Assembly (NCBI GenBank): GCA_942493105.1
Contig: OW818668.1
Location: 750,001-782,000, forward strand
Length of the DNA: 32,000 nt
Direction of reading: 5' to 3'
Source: an uncultured Erysipelotrichaceae bacterium
Lineage (GTDB): Bacteria > Bacillota_I > Bacilli_A > Erysipelotrichales > Erysipelotrichaceae
Below the pieces are notes generated by a model that was not told the DNA's origin, did not search any database, and saw only the letters and a program-made list of their open reading frames with translations. The first letter of the stretch is position 1; each line of letters starts with the position of its first letter. This document shows, piece by piece, positions 25,613 through 32,000 of the stretch. The translations under genes were made by a program, and so were the position numbers.

Positions 25613-27685
25613 CTATAACGTAATCTCAAATATTTTAACTTCACCTTTTTTAAAATGAATCCATAGGTTATATGCTGTATCTAAAATGACTGGATCTTGA
25701 ATGACTTTCTCAGAAGAGAAGATCTGTTTGACCACCGTGACGTCTTTTAAGAAACGTTGAGGTAGTGTTGAACAACGTATTTGATGTTGCTTATCATTGA
25801 AACAATCTGTGTTGGCAACAATCAGTGTGATTTTATCTTTGCTTTCATAGGCAACACCGGCTGCTGTATCCCAAGGTGCTCCAAATCCAAGGTAATGGGA
25901 TTTCTTTAAACAAATGATATCATCGATTAAGCCCTTTCTAATGGTGTTTGCTTCTTCCAAGATTTCAATCATTTCCCACCGTTTTGGGTGTAGATAATGG
26001 AAGGCATAACGATCAAACAAAGCCAATTTCTTATAGAAGGGATCGTTTTCAGGTAAAGCTAAGATTTCTTCTGGGGTACAATCCAATCCTGTATTCATGG
26101 GTTGTCTTTCAAACACTTCCTGACCGCTATTTAAGAAAGGAATCGTATTTGGAATAAACAGATTGAAGACACTTAACATCTTGCTTAGGACTTCGTTGCC
26201 TTTGCGATTCGCAAGGCGAGGTGTATCATGAGTTTCACCACATGCAAAGACAGGGGATGCTAAATCTTTGGCCGAATAAACAAATTCATTGAAACTTCCT
26301 TGATCAACTCTAGGTTCCATCATAAAGCCATTCCCAATGATCATGTTATAACCCTTCTCAATCGATGCTTTGGCGTTGACAGGATCCAGTTCTTCCGCAA
26401 TGAAACAGAAGTTAGGATCTACAGCTCTGGCGTTTGTGATGATCATATTGATGAGTTCAACAGGTAATGCATGACCCATATCGATACGAGCTCCATCGAT
26501 CCCAAAGTTATTCTGATAGAAAGGAATGATGCCAGACAACATATCCCATAGGGCTTTATTAGGCTTCTTTCCTGGATTCAAAGAACTCTTAGCCACATCA
26601 AATAACACATAAGGTTCAAACTCTCCCAATTCCTTTAAGAAAGGCTGTGAGTTGATGGGATGATCAAGATAAAGCCTAAAGTAGGTAACATCGCTCCATG
26701 CTGGTTGAGGATCATTGATATGATCAGAGAAAGCAGGGGCAACGGTAAGATTAAATGTTTCTCTGACCGCATCCAGTATTTCTTGTTTAGATGGATCAAA
26801 AGACTTAACCATTTTAGCCCACAATTTGGGATCTGTATCTTTAGGATTCTTTTTAAACTTATGCAGATGCTCTTCGACTTCTGGCGATTTAAACAGTTCC
26901 TTAAAGTACTCTACTTTAGGTGGTAAACAAGCCTTAAGATCTTCTGCGACAGGAGGTTTATAATCAGCTAAATCTTCTAAACCGATCCAATAGAACCAAT
27001 CTGGATGATCCAGAATCATATCTGAATTGACACTATTGGTTCTAGGGATGATGTCGATGATGACTTTCATATCTAAAAGATGAGCTGCTTCAACAAACGC
27101 TTTGAATTCATCCTCAACGCTTGTATCAGGACTCAAAGGATCTTTTAAACCTGCATCTAAGGCATAGAAATTAGAGACACCATAGGGGGATCCTAATTCT
27201 CCCTTTTTATCCTTAAGCGAATACTTCGCAATCGGTAAAAGATACAGCACATCAATTCCCATCCGTTTTAATGTGGGAAGATACGCTAATGTTTTAATGA
27301 AAGTTCCTGTATCTTTTAAACCATTCAGATTGATGTTTTCTAATAAACCTGTACGATCATGATCGAAGGATCCTGAGGATCTGATCATCATAGAGTAGAC
27401 ATTGCTTTTCTTGATCCAATTCCCATTGGATAGTTTCTTTTCAACTTTATGATTTAAGAAATAAGGTGATAAAGGTTTGTCTTCTTTAGATAAAAAGACC
27501 TCTTGTATCAGTGCCTCATAAAAAAGATATGGATTAACCAAAACATGCCCATCATGGACTCGGATATGTTCCATACTTGGATTAGATCCAAACCATAAAT
27601 CAGGAATTGCATAGTTCATCAGTCCTGGGTTAGACTGTCCTTGCTTATGCAAAGACTCAGCGATTTTTCTTAGATTATTACTCAT
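25613..27685 (-). CDS. GH13 maltodextrin glycosyltransferase / maltosyltransferase (Thermotoga MTase-like), cytoplasmic
   Basis: 690 aa. Atypical GH13 regions VIIDIIPRTNS, GIDGARIDMGHALP, FIAEELD and GETHDTPR. Blocks DEFKAFVEAAH, DHPDWFYWI and INDPQPAWSDVTYFRLYLDHP resemble my recollection of the Thermotoga maritima maltosyltransferase. RBS AGGAGA precedes the ATG. Confidence 0.7.
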   Translation of the reverse strand: MSNNLRKIAESLHKQGQSNPGLMNYAIPDLWFGSNPSMEHIRVHDGHVLVNPYLFYEALIQEVFLSKEDKPLSPYFLNHKVEKKLSNGNWIKKSNVYSMMIRSSGSFDHDRTGLLENINLNGLKDTGTFIKTLAYLPTLKRMGIDVLYLLPIAKYSLKDKKGELGSPYGVSNFYALDAGLKDPLSPDTSVEDEFKAFVEAAHLLDMKVIIDIIPRTNSVNSDMILDHPDWFYWIGLEDLADYKPPVAEDLKACLPPKVEYFKELFKSPEVEEHLHKFKKNPKDTDPKLWAKMVKSFDPSKQEILDAVRETFNLTVAPAFSDHINDPQPAWSDVTYFRLYLDHPINSQPFLKELGEFEPYVLFDVAKSSLNPGKKPNKALWDMLSGIIPFYQNNFGIDGARIDMGHALPVELINMIITNARAVDPNFCFIAEELDPVNAKASIEKGYNMIIGNGFMMEPRVDQGSFNEFVYSAKDLASPVFACGETHDTPRLANRKGNEVLSKMLSVFNLFIPNTIPFLNSGQEVFERQPMNTGLDCTPEEILALPENDPFYKKLALFDRYAFHYLHPKRWEMIEILEEANTIRKGLIDDIICLKKSHYLGFGAPWDTAAGVAYESKDKITLIVANTDCFNDKQHQIRCSTLPQRFLKDVTVVKQIFSSEKVIQDPVILDTAYNLWIHFKKGEVKIFEITL

Positions 27686-27715
27686 ATTGGTCTCCTAACA
27701 CCTTAAGTTTATCAT

Positions 27716-27731
27716 AAAAAAGCGCTTACAT
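27716..27731 (-). promoter_or_regulatory. cre-like half-palindrome upstream of the maltosyltransferase gene
   Basis: Minus-strand ATGTAAGCGCTTTTTT has a perfect left half and central CG of the cre consensus. The right half is degenerate, with one mismatch to WTGNAANCGNWNNCW. It sits just upstream of a TATGAT -10-like box on the minus strand. Confidence 0.4.
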
Positions 27732-27757
27732 ACAGGGATAGGATTATTTGTATCCGA

Positions 27758-27788
27758 TATGACAAAGTACATTTTAACTGTGTATAAT
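27758..27788 (+). promoter_or_regulatory. Candidate promoter of the split transketolase genes
   Basis: -10 TATAAT (27783-27788) and -35-like ATGACA (27758-27763) with a long 19-nt spacer. RBS AAGGAG lies 6-7 nt before ATG 27810. Confidence 0.45.
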
Positions 27789-27809
27789 AATATTGTTAAG
27801 GAGAACACC

Positions 27810-28622
27810 ATGCGCAATATCGCAGCTCTACAAGAAATAGCGTTAAGGGTCCGCAGAAACATCATCAAGATGGTCACAGAAGCAAAATCTGGTCATATCG
27901 GCGGTTCTTTCTCAGCTACAGAAATCGCAGTCAGTTTATACTTTGAAGAAATGAACATCAATAAAGATAATGTGAAAGACAAGGCCCGTGATAAATTCGT
28001 ATTATCAAAAGGACATGCCTCTCCTTTATTATTCGCAGTTCTTTGTGAGAAAGGTTTCCTTGAAGAAAGTGAATTGATGACATTCAGAAAGATCAATTCT
28101 AAACTTCAGGGTCATCCTAATATGAACTATGTCGATGGGGTAGATATGTCCACAGGTTCTTTGGGACAAGGGCTATCTGCTGCCGTAGGCATGGCTTTAT
28201 CTTATAAGATCCACAACCAGGATTTCAGAGTTTATTCTGTGGTAGGGGATGGAGAAAGTCAAGAAGGCATGATTTGGGAAGCGGCTATGGCTGCAGCTCA
28301 TTATAAACTAGACAATCTATTGGTGATCTTGGATCAAAACGGATTACAGATCGATGGAGACATTACGAAAGTCATGAATCCTTTACCTTTAGATGAGAAG
28401 TTCAAAGCCTTTGGGTGGCATGTCTTGTATGTTGATGGACATGATCTTAACCAATTGTTAGATGCTTATGCAGTAGCCAGGACCATTAAAGGTCAACCTA
28501 CCTGCATCATCGCCAAGACCGTTAAAGGAAAAGGCGTCAGTTTTATGGAAAATCAAGCCGGTTGGCATGGTGTAGCACCAACCCCGGAACAGGCCGAAGC
28601 CGCCTTGAAGGAGCTCGTTTAA
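27810..28622 (+). CDS. Transketolase, N-terminal (TPP-binding) subunit
   Basis: Start ATG 27810 has RBS AAGGAG. The track start at 27759 has no RBS and would lie upstream of the -10 box. Motifs SGHIGGSFS, GDGESQEGMIWEA and LDQNGLQIDG. Confidence 0.9.
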   Translation: MRNIAALQEIALRVRRNIIKMVTEAKSGHIGGSFSATEIAVSLYFEEMNINKDNVKDKARDKFVLSKGHASPLLFAVLCEKGFLEESELMTFRKINSKLQGHPNMNYVDGVDMSTGSLGQGLSAAVGMALSYKIHNQDFRVYSVVGDGESQEGMIWEAAMAAAHYKLDNLLVILDQNGLQIDGDITKVMNPLPLDEKFKAFGWHVLYVDGHDLNQLLDAYAVARTIKGQPTCIIAKTVKGKGVSFMENQAGWHGVAPTPEQAEAALKELV

Positions 28623-28623
28623 T

Positions 28624-29550
28624 ATGGCAAAAATGGCAACCCGTGAAGCTTACGGCAAAGCTTTAGCTGATTTGATTTGTAAGAATGAAAATGTTGTTGT
28701 ATTGGATGCGGATCTTTCTAAATCGACCAAGACTTATGATGCAAAGGCTGTTTGTCCGCAAAGACACTTTAATGTAGGGATCGCAGAATGCGACATGATG
28801 GGCATTGCGGCTGGTTTAGCGACCTGCGGCAACATTGTTTATGCATCTTCCTTTGCGATGTTTGCGACAGGCCGTGCTTACGAAATCGTTCGTAATTCGA
28901 TAGGCTATACACATCTTAATGTTAAAATCTGCGCAACGCATGCTGGTATTACATTAGGAGAAGATGGGGCTTCTCATCAATCTATCGAAGATATATCGTT
29001 GATGCGTGGGATTCCTGGGATGACGGTCATTCAGCCTGTAGATGATGTTGAAACAACTCAGGTCATTCATGCGATATCTGAACTTAATGGACCTTTCTAT
29101 GTTCGTTTAGGTCGCTTTGCGGTCGATACGATCAATGCCCCTGATTATAAGTGGCAAGTTGGAAAAGGTGTTGTGTTAAGAGAAGGTAAAGACATCACCG
29201 TCTTTGCGACAGGGGTCCTTGTTCAACAAGCCCTCATAGCGTATGATGCTTTGAAAGCAGAAGGTGTAGAAATCACTGTTGTCAATATCCATACAATCAA
29301 ACCGATCGATGAAGAATTGATCGTCAGATTGGCTAAAAAATCTAAAGTCATCATCTCAGCCGAAGAACATTCCAAATACGGTGGACTCAGTTCAGCCATA
29401 GCCGAAGTCTTGGCAGCCAAGTGTCCAACCTTGATGGAAGTTGTCGCCATCAACGATACTTTCGGAGAAAGCGGAACCCCGCAACTCTTACTTGAAAAGT
29501 ATGGTTTGACTTCAAAAGAAATCATAGCCGCTGTTAAAAAACACATCTAA
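28624..29550 (+). CDS. Transketolase, C-terminal (pyrimidine-binding) subunit
   Basis: 308 aa. REAYGKALADL, VLDADLSKST, GIAECDMMGIAAGLA and GEDGASHQSIEDI motifs. It starts 1 nt after the upstream stop. Confidence 0.9.
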   Translation: MAKMATREAYGKALADLICKNENVVVLDADLSKSTKTYDAKAVCPQRHFNVGIAECDMMGIAAGLATCGNIVYASSFAMFATGRAYEIVRNSIGYTHLNVKICATHAGITLGEDGASHQSIEDISLMRGIPGMTVIQPVDDVETTQVIHAISELNGPFYVRLGRFAVDTINAPDYKWQVGKGVVLREGKDITVFATGVLVQQALIAYDALKAEGVEITVVNIHTIKPIDEELIVRLAKKSKVIISAEEHSKYGGLSSAIAEVLAAKCPTLMEVVAINDTFGESGTPQLLLEKYGLTSKEIIAAVKKHI

Positions 29551-29553
29551 AAA

Positions 29554-29585
29554 AGAGACTGCATGAAAATGCAGTCTTTGTTTGA
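29554..29585 (+). terminator. Rho-independent terminator after the transketolase genes
   Basis: Perfect 9-bp stem AGACTGCAT-GAAA-ATGCAGTCT followed by TTGTTT. Confidence 0.85.
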
Positions 29586-29610
29586 AAGCATAGGTCATAT
29601 TTGGTAGAAT
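29582..29610 (+). promoter_or_regulatory. Strong sigma-A-type promoter of the SBP-like/MFS gene pair
   Basis: -35 TTGAAA (29582-29587), 17-nt spacer, extended -10 TGGTAGAAT (29602-29610). AAGGA RBS precedes ATG 29623. Confidence 0.7.
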
Positions 29611-29622
29611 AAGGACGCACTT

Positions 29623-30954
29623 ATGGACACTCGACTTCAAAGACTCTTCTTGAGTTTGATCTTATTGATCAGTATACTTACCCTATCTTTTGCCTTTAGA
29701 GGTAAAGGTTGTACACCAGACGGACTGACCGTTTGTTTTGATGCGAAGAAAAATGCCTTTAAGATTGAAGATGCAGCTCAGCTTAAAATATTGGTACCCA
29801 ACTCAGAATATGGACAAGCCGTGGTCGATTATTGGGATTGGTATCATCCTGATCATAAAGGTAAAGTTACTTATGAATTGATCAATGAATCAGCAGGATC
29901 TCAGGATGTCTTTTTCATCACTCAAGTTCAAGCTGGTCGTTTATATGAACAACTTTATCCCTTAAGTCCAGTCCTTACAAAGAATGTTGACTTAAAGAAA
30001 GTCGCAGCGCTTAACTTAGATCATCTTACATATGTTCCACTTACCGCAGAAGGATTTTCCTTCTTGATCAATAAGACAAGACTTGAGCTATTGGGTTTAT
30101 CTCTTGAAGATAAAAATAAAGATGGCTTGATCGATACTGTCGATACATTTGAAAAAATCATTGAATTAAAGGCCTTGTGGGATTCTCTTCAAGTCGAAGT
30201 CTTACCGATTGCGTTAAATGAGCCTTATTCGTTTTATCCTTATTTAACTGCAGGTGATTTTAGGATCTTTAAAGAATATGATGCGTTAAGGCCAGGTTTT
30301 GATGGCCCTGAGTTTAAACAAAGTCTACAACTGATCCAAGACCTATCACAGATCAACTGGAATCACAGTGAAACCAACGCATCTGAAACCTATACATGGA
30401 AATTGGATGAAGTTTTAGTTGAAGATAATTTTGTGTTTACAGTGGTTGGATCATGGATGGATCTCAATGAAAGTGATGCGGCTGTTCAAAGTGAATGGAT
30501 TGCCTCAAAATTCCCAAGCTATCAAGGAAATGAATTATCGCCAATGGTCAGAACCAGCGGTTTAGCCATCAATGTGAATACGCTTTATCCAAGTGCTGCC
30601 CACGAATTGATCCGTATATTGAAGTCCATCAAAGGCTTACAGCTCTTGATTGATACAACAGACAAGATTCCCTTGGTCAATGAGACAACCTTTCCTTATT
30701 TGACTTTCAATGATCTTCATCGATCAGAATTGGCATTTGCTTATCAATATTCTGTTGGAGAACCGATAATTGCCTTTGCGGGAAATCCTGAAAATTTAGC
30801 GATCGAGTTGTATTATCATATGGATTTAATGTCGATCATTCGTGATCTGTGGGATCAAAAGATCAGTATCGATGAAGCACAAAGTTTGATCGTTGCAGAA
30901 GCAACACGGGTCATAGAAGTTTTAAATAAGAATGAGGATCTTAGTGATGAGTAA
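29623..30954 (+). CDS. Membrane-anchored extracellular protein with a solute-binding-protein (family 1)-like sequence pattern; function unknown
   Basis: 443 aa. N-terminal anchor LFLSLILLISILTLSFAF followed by GKGC (non-canonical lipobox). The order of loosely SBP-like blocks is KILVPNSEYGQAVVDYW, DVFFITQVQAGRLYE, YVPLTAEGFSFLINK, GSWMD, then SGLAINVNTLYPSAAHELIRILKS. This was recognised by eye only. Confidence 0.45.
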   Translation: MDTRLQRLFLSLILLISILTLSFAFRGKGCTPDGLTVCFDAKKNAFKIEDAAQLKILVPNSEYGQAVVDYWDWYHPDHKGKVTYELINESAGSQDVFFITQVQAGRLYEQLYPLSPVLTKNVDLKKVAALNLDHLTYVPLTAEGFSFLINKTRLELLGLSLEDKNKDGLIDTVDTFEKIIELKALWDSLQVEVLPIALNEPYSFYPYLTAGDFRIFKEYDALRPGFDGPEFKQSLQLIQDLSQINWNHSETNASETYTWKLDEVLVEDNFVFTVVGSWMDLNESDAAVQSEWIASKFPSYQGNELSPMVRTSGLAINVNTLYPSAAHELIRILKSIKGLQLLIDTTDKIPLVNETTFPYLTFNDLHRSELAFAYQYSVGEPIIAFAGNPENLAIELYYHMDLMSIIRDLWDQKISIDEAQSLIVAEATRVIEVLNKNEDLSDE

Positions 30955-32000
30955 AAATGAAAAATTATTGTTGATGACCAATGCTTTATATTTCATGTCA
31001 TCAACTATGAGCAGTGTGTTTGTGAATGTTTATCTTTATGCCTTTACAGGATCGTTGGTTGAAATGACGATCTATGCGATGGTGCGTTTTGGTTTTTTTC
31101 CTTTGGGATTTTTAATTGGAGGCATCTTAGGTAAACGAACACGATTGGCGACCTCATTGACCATCGGGTTGATTTTTATCATATCGACTTTGGCTTTCTT
31201 ACTGACATTTAATCATTTATTCTCAACGAATTATTACCTGATTCATTTGATTGGGATGGCTTTTGGGATCGGTGAAGGTATGTATTGGTTTTCTACCAAT
31301 AACCTAAGTTTGGCTATTTCTGAAAAGAAAACGCGGGCACAGTTCATCACAACTATGGGGATCACCAATTCGATCTCTGTTGTATTGGCACCTTCGATCG
31401 CAGCCCTCATCGTCAGTTTCTCAAAGACAGATACTCAAGGTTACCTATTTATTTTCCAACTGGTTATCTTACTTCATACGGTGACAGCCTATATCTCCTC
31501 TAAGATCAGTGTTTCCGCAAACAAGGATAAGTTTACCTTAAGAGATAAGTTTGATTTGACCAAAGATGCGCAATGGCGTTATATGATGATTTCTCACTTC
31601 TTGTTTGGGATACGAGATTCCATTACCTTGGTTGTGATGGGTTTGATCTTGTATGCAGCTCTAGGTTCTCAAGGGTCTTTATATTCAACTTTACTCATCC
31701 TGTTTTCAATCCTGGGGATCATAGGTTCAACGATCGTACGAAAGATCCAAAGACGAGATAATCGAATGGCACTTTATACCTATGGAGCCTATGCCTTATT
31801 TACGGCTGCGATGATTTTAGTACTTATGCCAAATATTTATGGGGCTTTGATTTATGGGGTCCTAAACTCCTTATCGGCACCTTTCTTTATCAATCCTTAT
31901 TCCATCATTGTGATGAATGCAATGCAGGATTATACTGAAAAGGGAAGTGTCTATGGACATATGATCGTCAAAGAAGTGTTACTGAATGCAGGAAGATTAT
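30947..32000 (+). CDS. MFS/GPH-like polytopic secondary transporter, 3' end outside the window
   Basis: Absent from the ORF track because no stop lies in the window. My translation from ATG 30947 is open to nt 32000: MSKNEKLLLMTNALYFMSS...GGILGKRTRLATSLTIG..., with many hydrophobic helices and an MFS motif-A-like loop. GAGGA RBS lies 8 nt upstream. It overlaps the upstream gene by 8 nt. Confidence 0.6.
   Translation, partial: MSKNEKLLLMTNALYFMSSTMSSVFVNVYLYAFTGSLVEMTIYAMVRFGFFPLGFLIGGILGKRTRLATSLTIGLIFIISTLAFLLTFNHLFSTNYYLIHLIGMAFGIGEGMYWFSTNNLSLAISEKKTRAQFITTMGITNSISVVLAPSIAALIVSFSKTDTQGYLFIFQLVILLHTVTAYISSKISVSANKDKFTLRDKFDLTKDAQWRYMMISHFLFGIRDSITLVVMGLILYAALGSQGSLYSTLLILFSILGIIGSTIVRKIQRRDNRMALYTYGAYALFTAAMILVLMPNIYGALIYGVLNSLSAPFFINPYSIIVMNAMQDYTEKGSVYGHMIVKEVLLNAGRL

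Noticed and set aside
27736-27755. Inverted repeat GGATA-N10-TATCC in the divergent control region
   Set aside because: The arms are only 5 bp in AT-rich DNA, which is expected by chance.
27695-27877. 60-aa minus-strand ORF, and the 27759 start of the transketolase ORF, in the divergent region
   Set aside because: The 27759 start lacks an RBS and precedes the -10 box, whereas ATG 27810 has AAGGAG. The minus-strand ORF has no support and overlaps promoter elements.
31573-31761. 62-aa ORF listed in the track
   Set aside because: It is out of frame inside the much longer open frame of the MFS-type transporter (30947 to beyond 32000), whose translation is convincingly membrane-protein-like.
1-32000. 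Searched for CRISPR arrays, tandem repeats, tRNA/rRNA, IS elements, integrases, toxin-antitoxin pairs or defence-system gene clusters
   Set aside because: I saw no repeat-spacer periodicity, no transposase/integrase/nuclease-helicase-type ORFs and no non-coding gap over 232 bp. Every long ORF has a plausible housekeeping or carbohydrate-metabolism assignment.

Overview
Low-GC Bacillota/Mollicutes-like chromosomal window using the standard genetic code (TGA is a stop, Trp is TGG). Genes are tightly packed and nearly all on the + strand. There are two blocks. (1) nt 1-8150 is an origin-proximal housekeeping operon, gdpP-rplI-dnaB followed by a LysM/G5/M23 peptidase, walJ-like MBL hydrolase, HtrA protease and rlmH, joined by 1-23 nt overlaps, then a second MBL-fold gene. 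(2) nt 8160-27700 is a large alpha-glucan (starch/maltodextrin/glycogen) locus. It holds an orphan ptsH (HPr), phosphoglucomutase, branching enzyme glgB, glucan phosphorylase, an intracellular type-I pullulanase and an oligo-1,6-glucosidase. It also holds a small PucR-type HTH protein, an MsmX-type ABC ATPase, MalEFG-type binding protein and permeases, a lipoprotein alpha-amylase and, on the minus strand, a Thermotoga-type GH13 maltosyltransferase. That makes five GH13 paralogs plus one GT35 enzyme. A split transketolase follows, then a membrane-anchored SBP-like protein translationally coupled to an MFS-type transporter that runs off the window. I saw no tRNA/rRNA, CRISPR array, transposase, integrase or recognisable defence genes, and the largest non-coding gap is only 232 bp, so I find no hidden large system. 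The points most worth follow-up are regulatory or architectural: the SBP-like + MFS pair, cre/LacI-type operators with an orphan HPr but no LacI-family regulator in the window, and a PucR-type regulator next to a perfect palindrome. Others are glgB with no glgA/glgC beside a maltosyltransferase, two leaderless-geometry promoters, and a lower-GC mosaic for malL and malEFG-amy. All calls come from reading motifs by eye; no database search was run.
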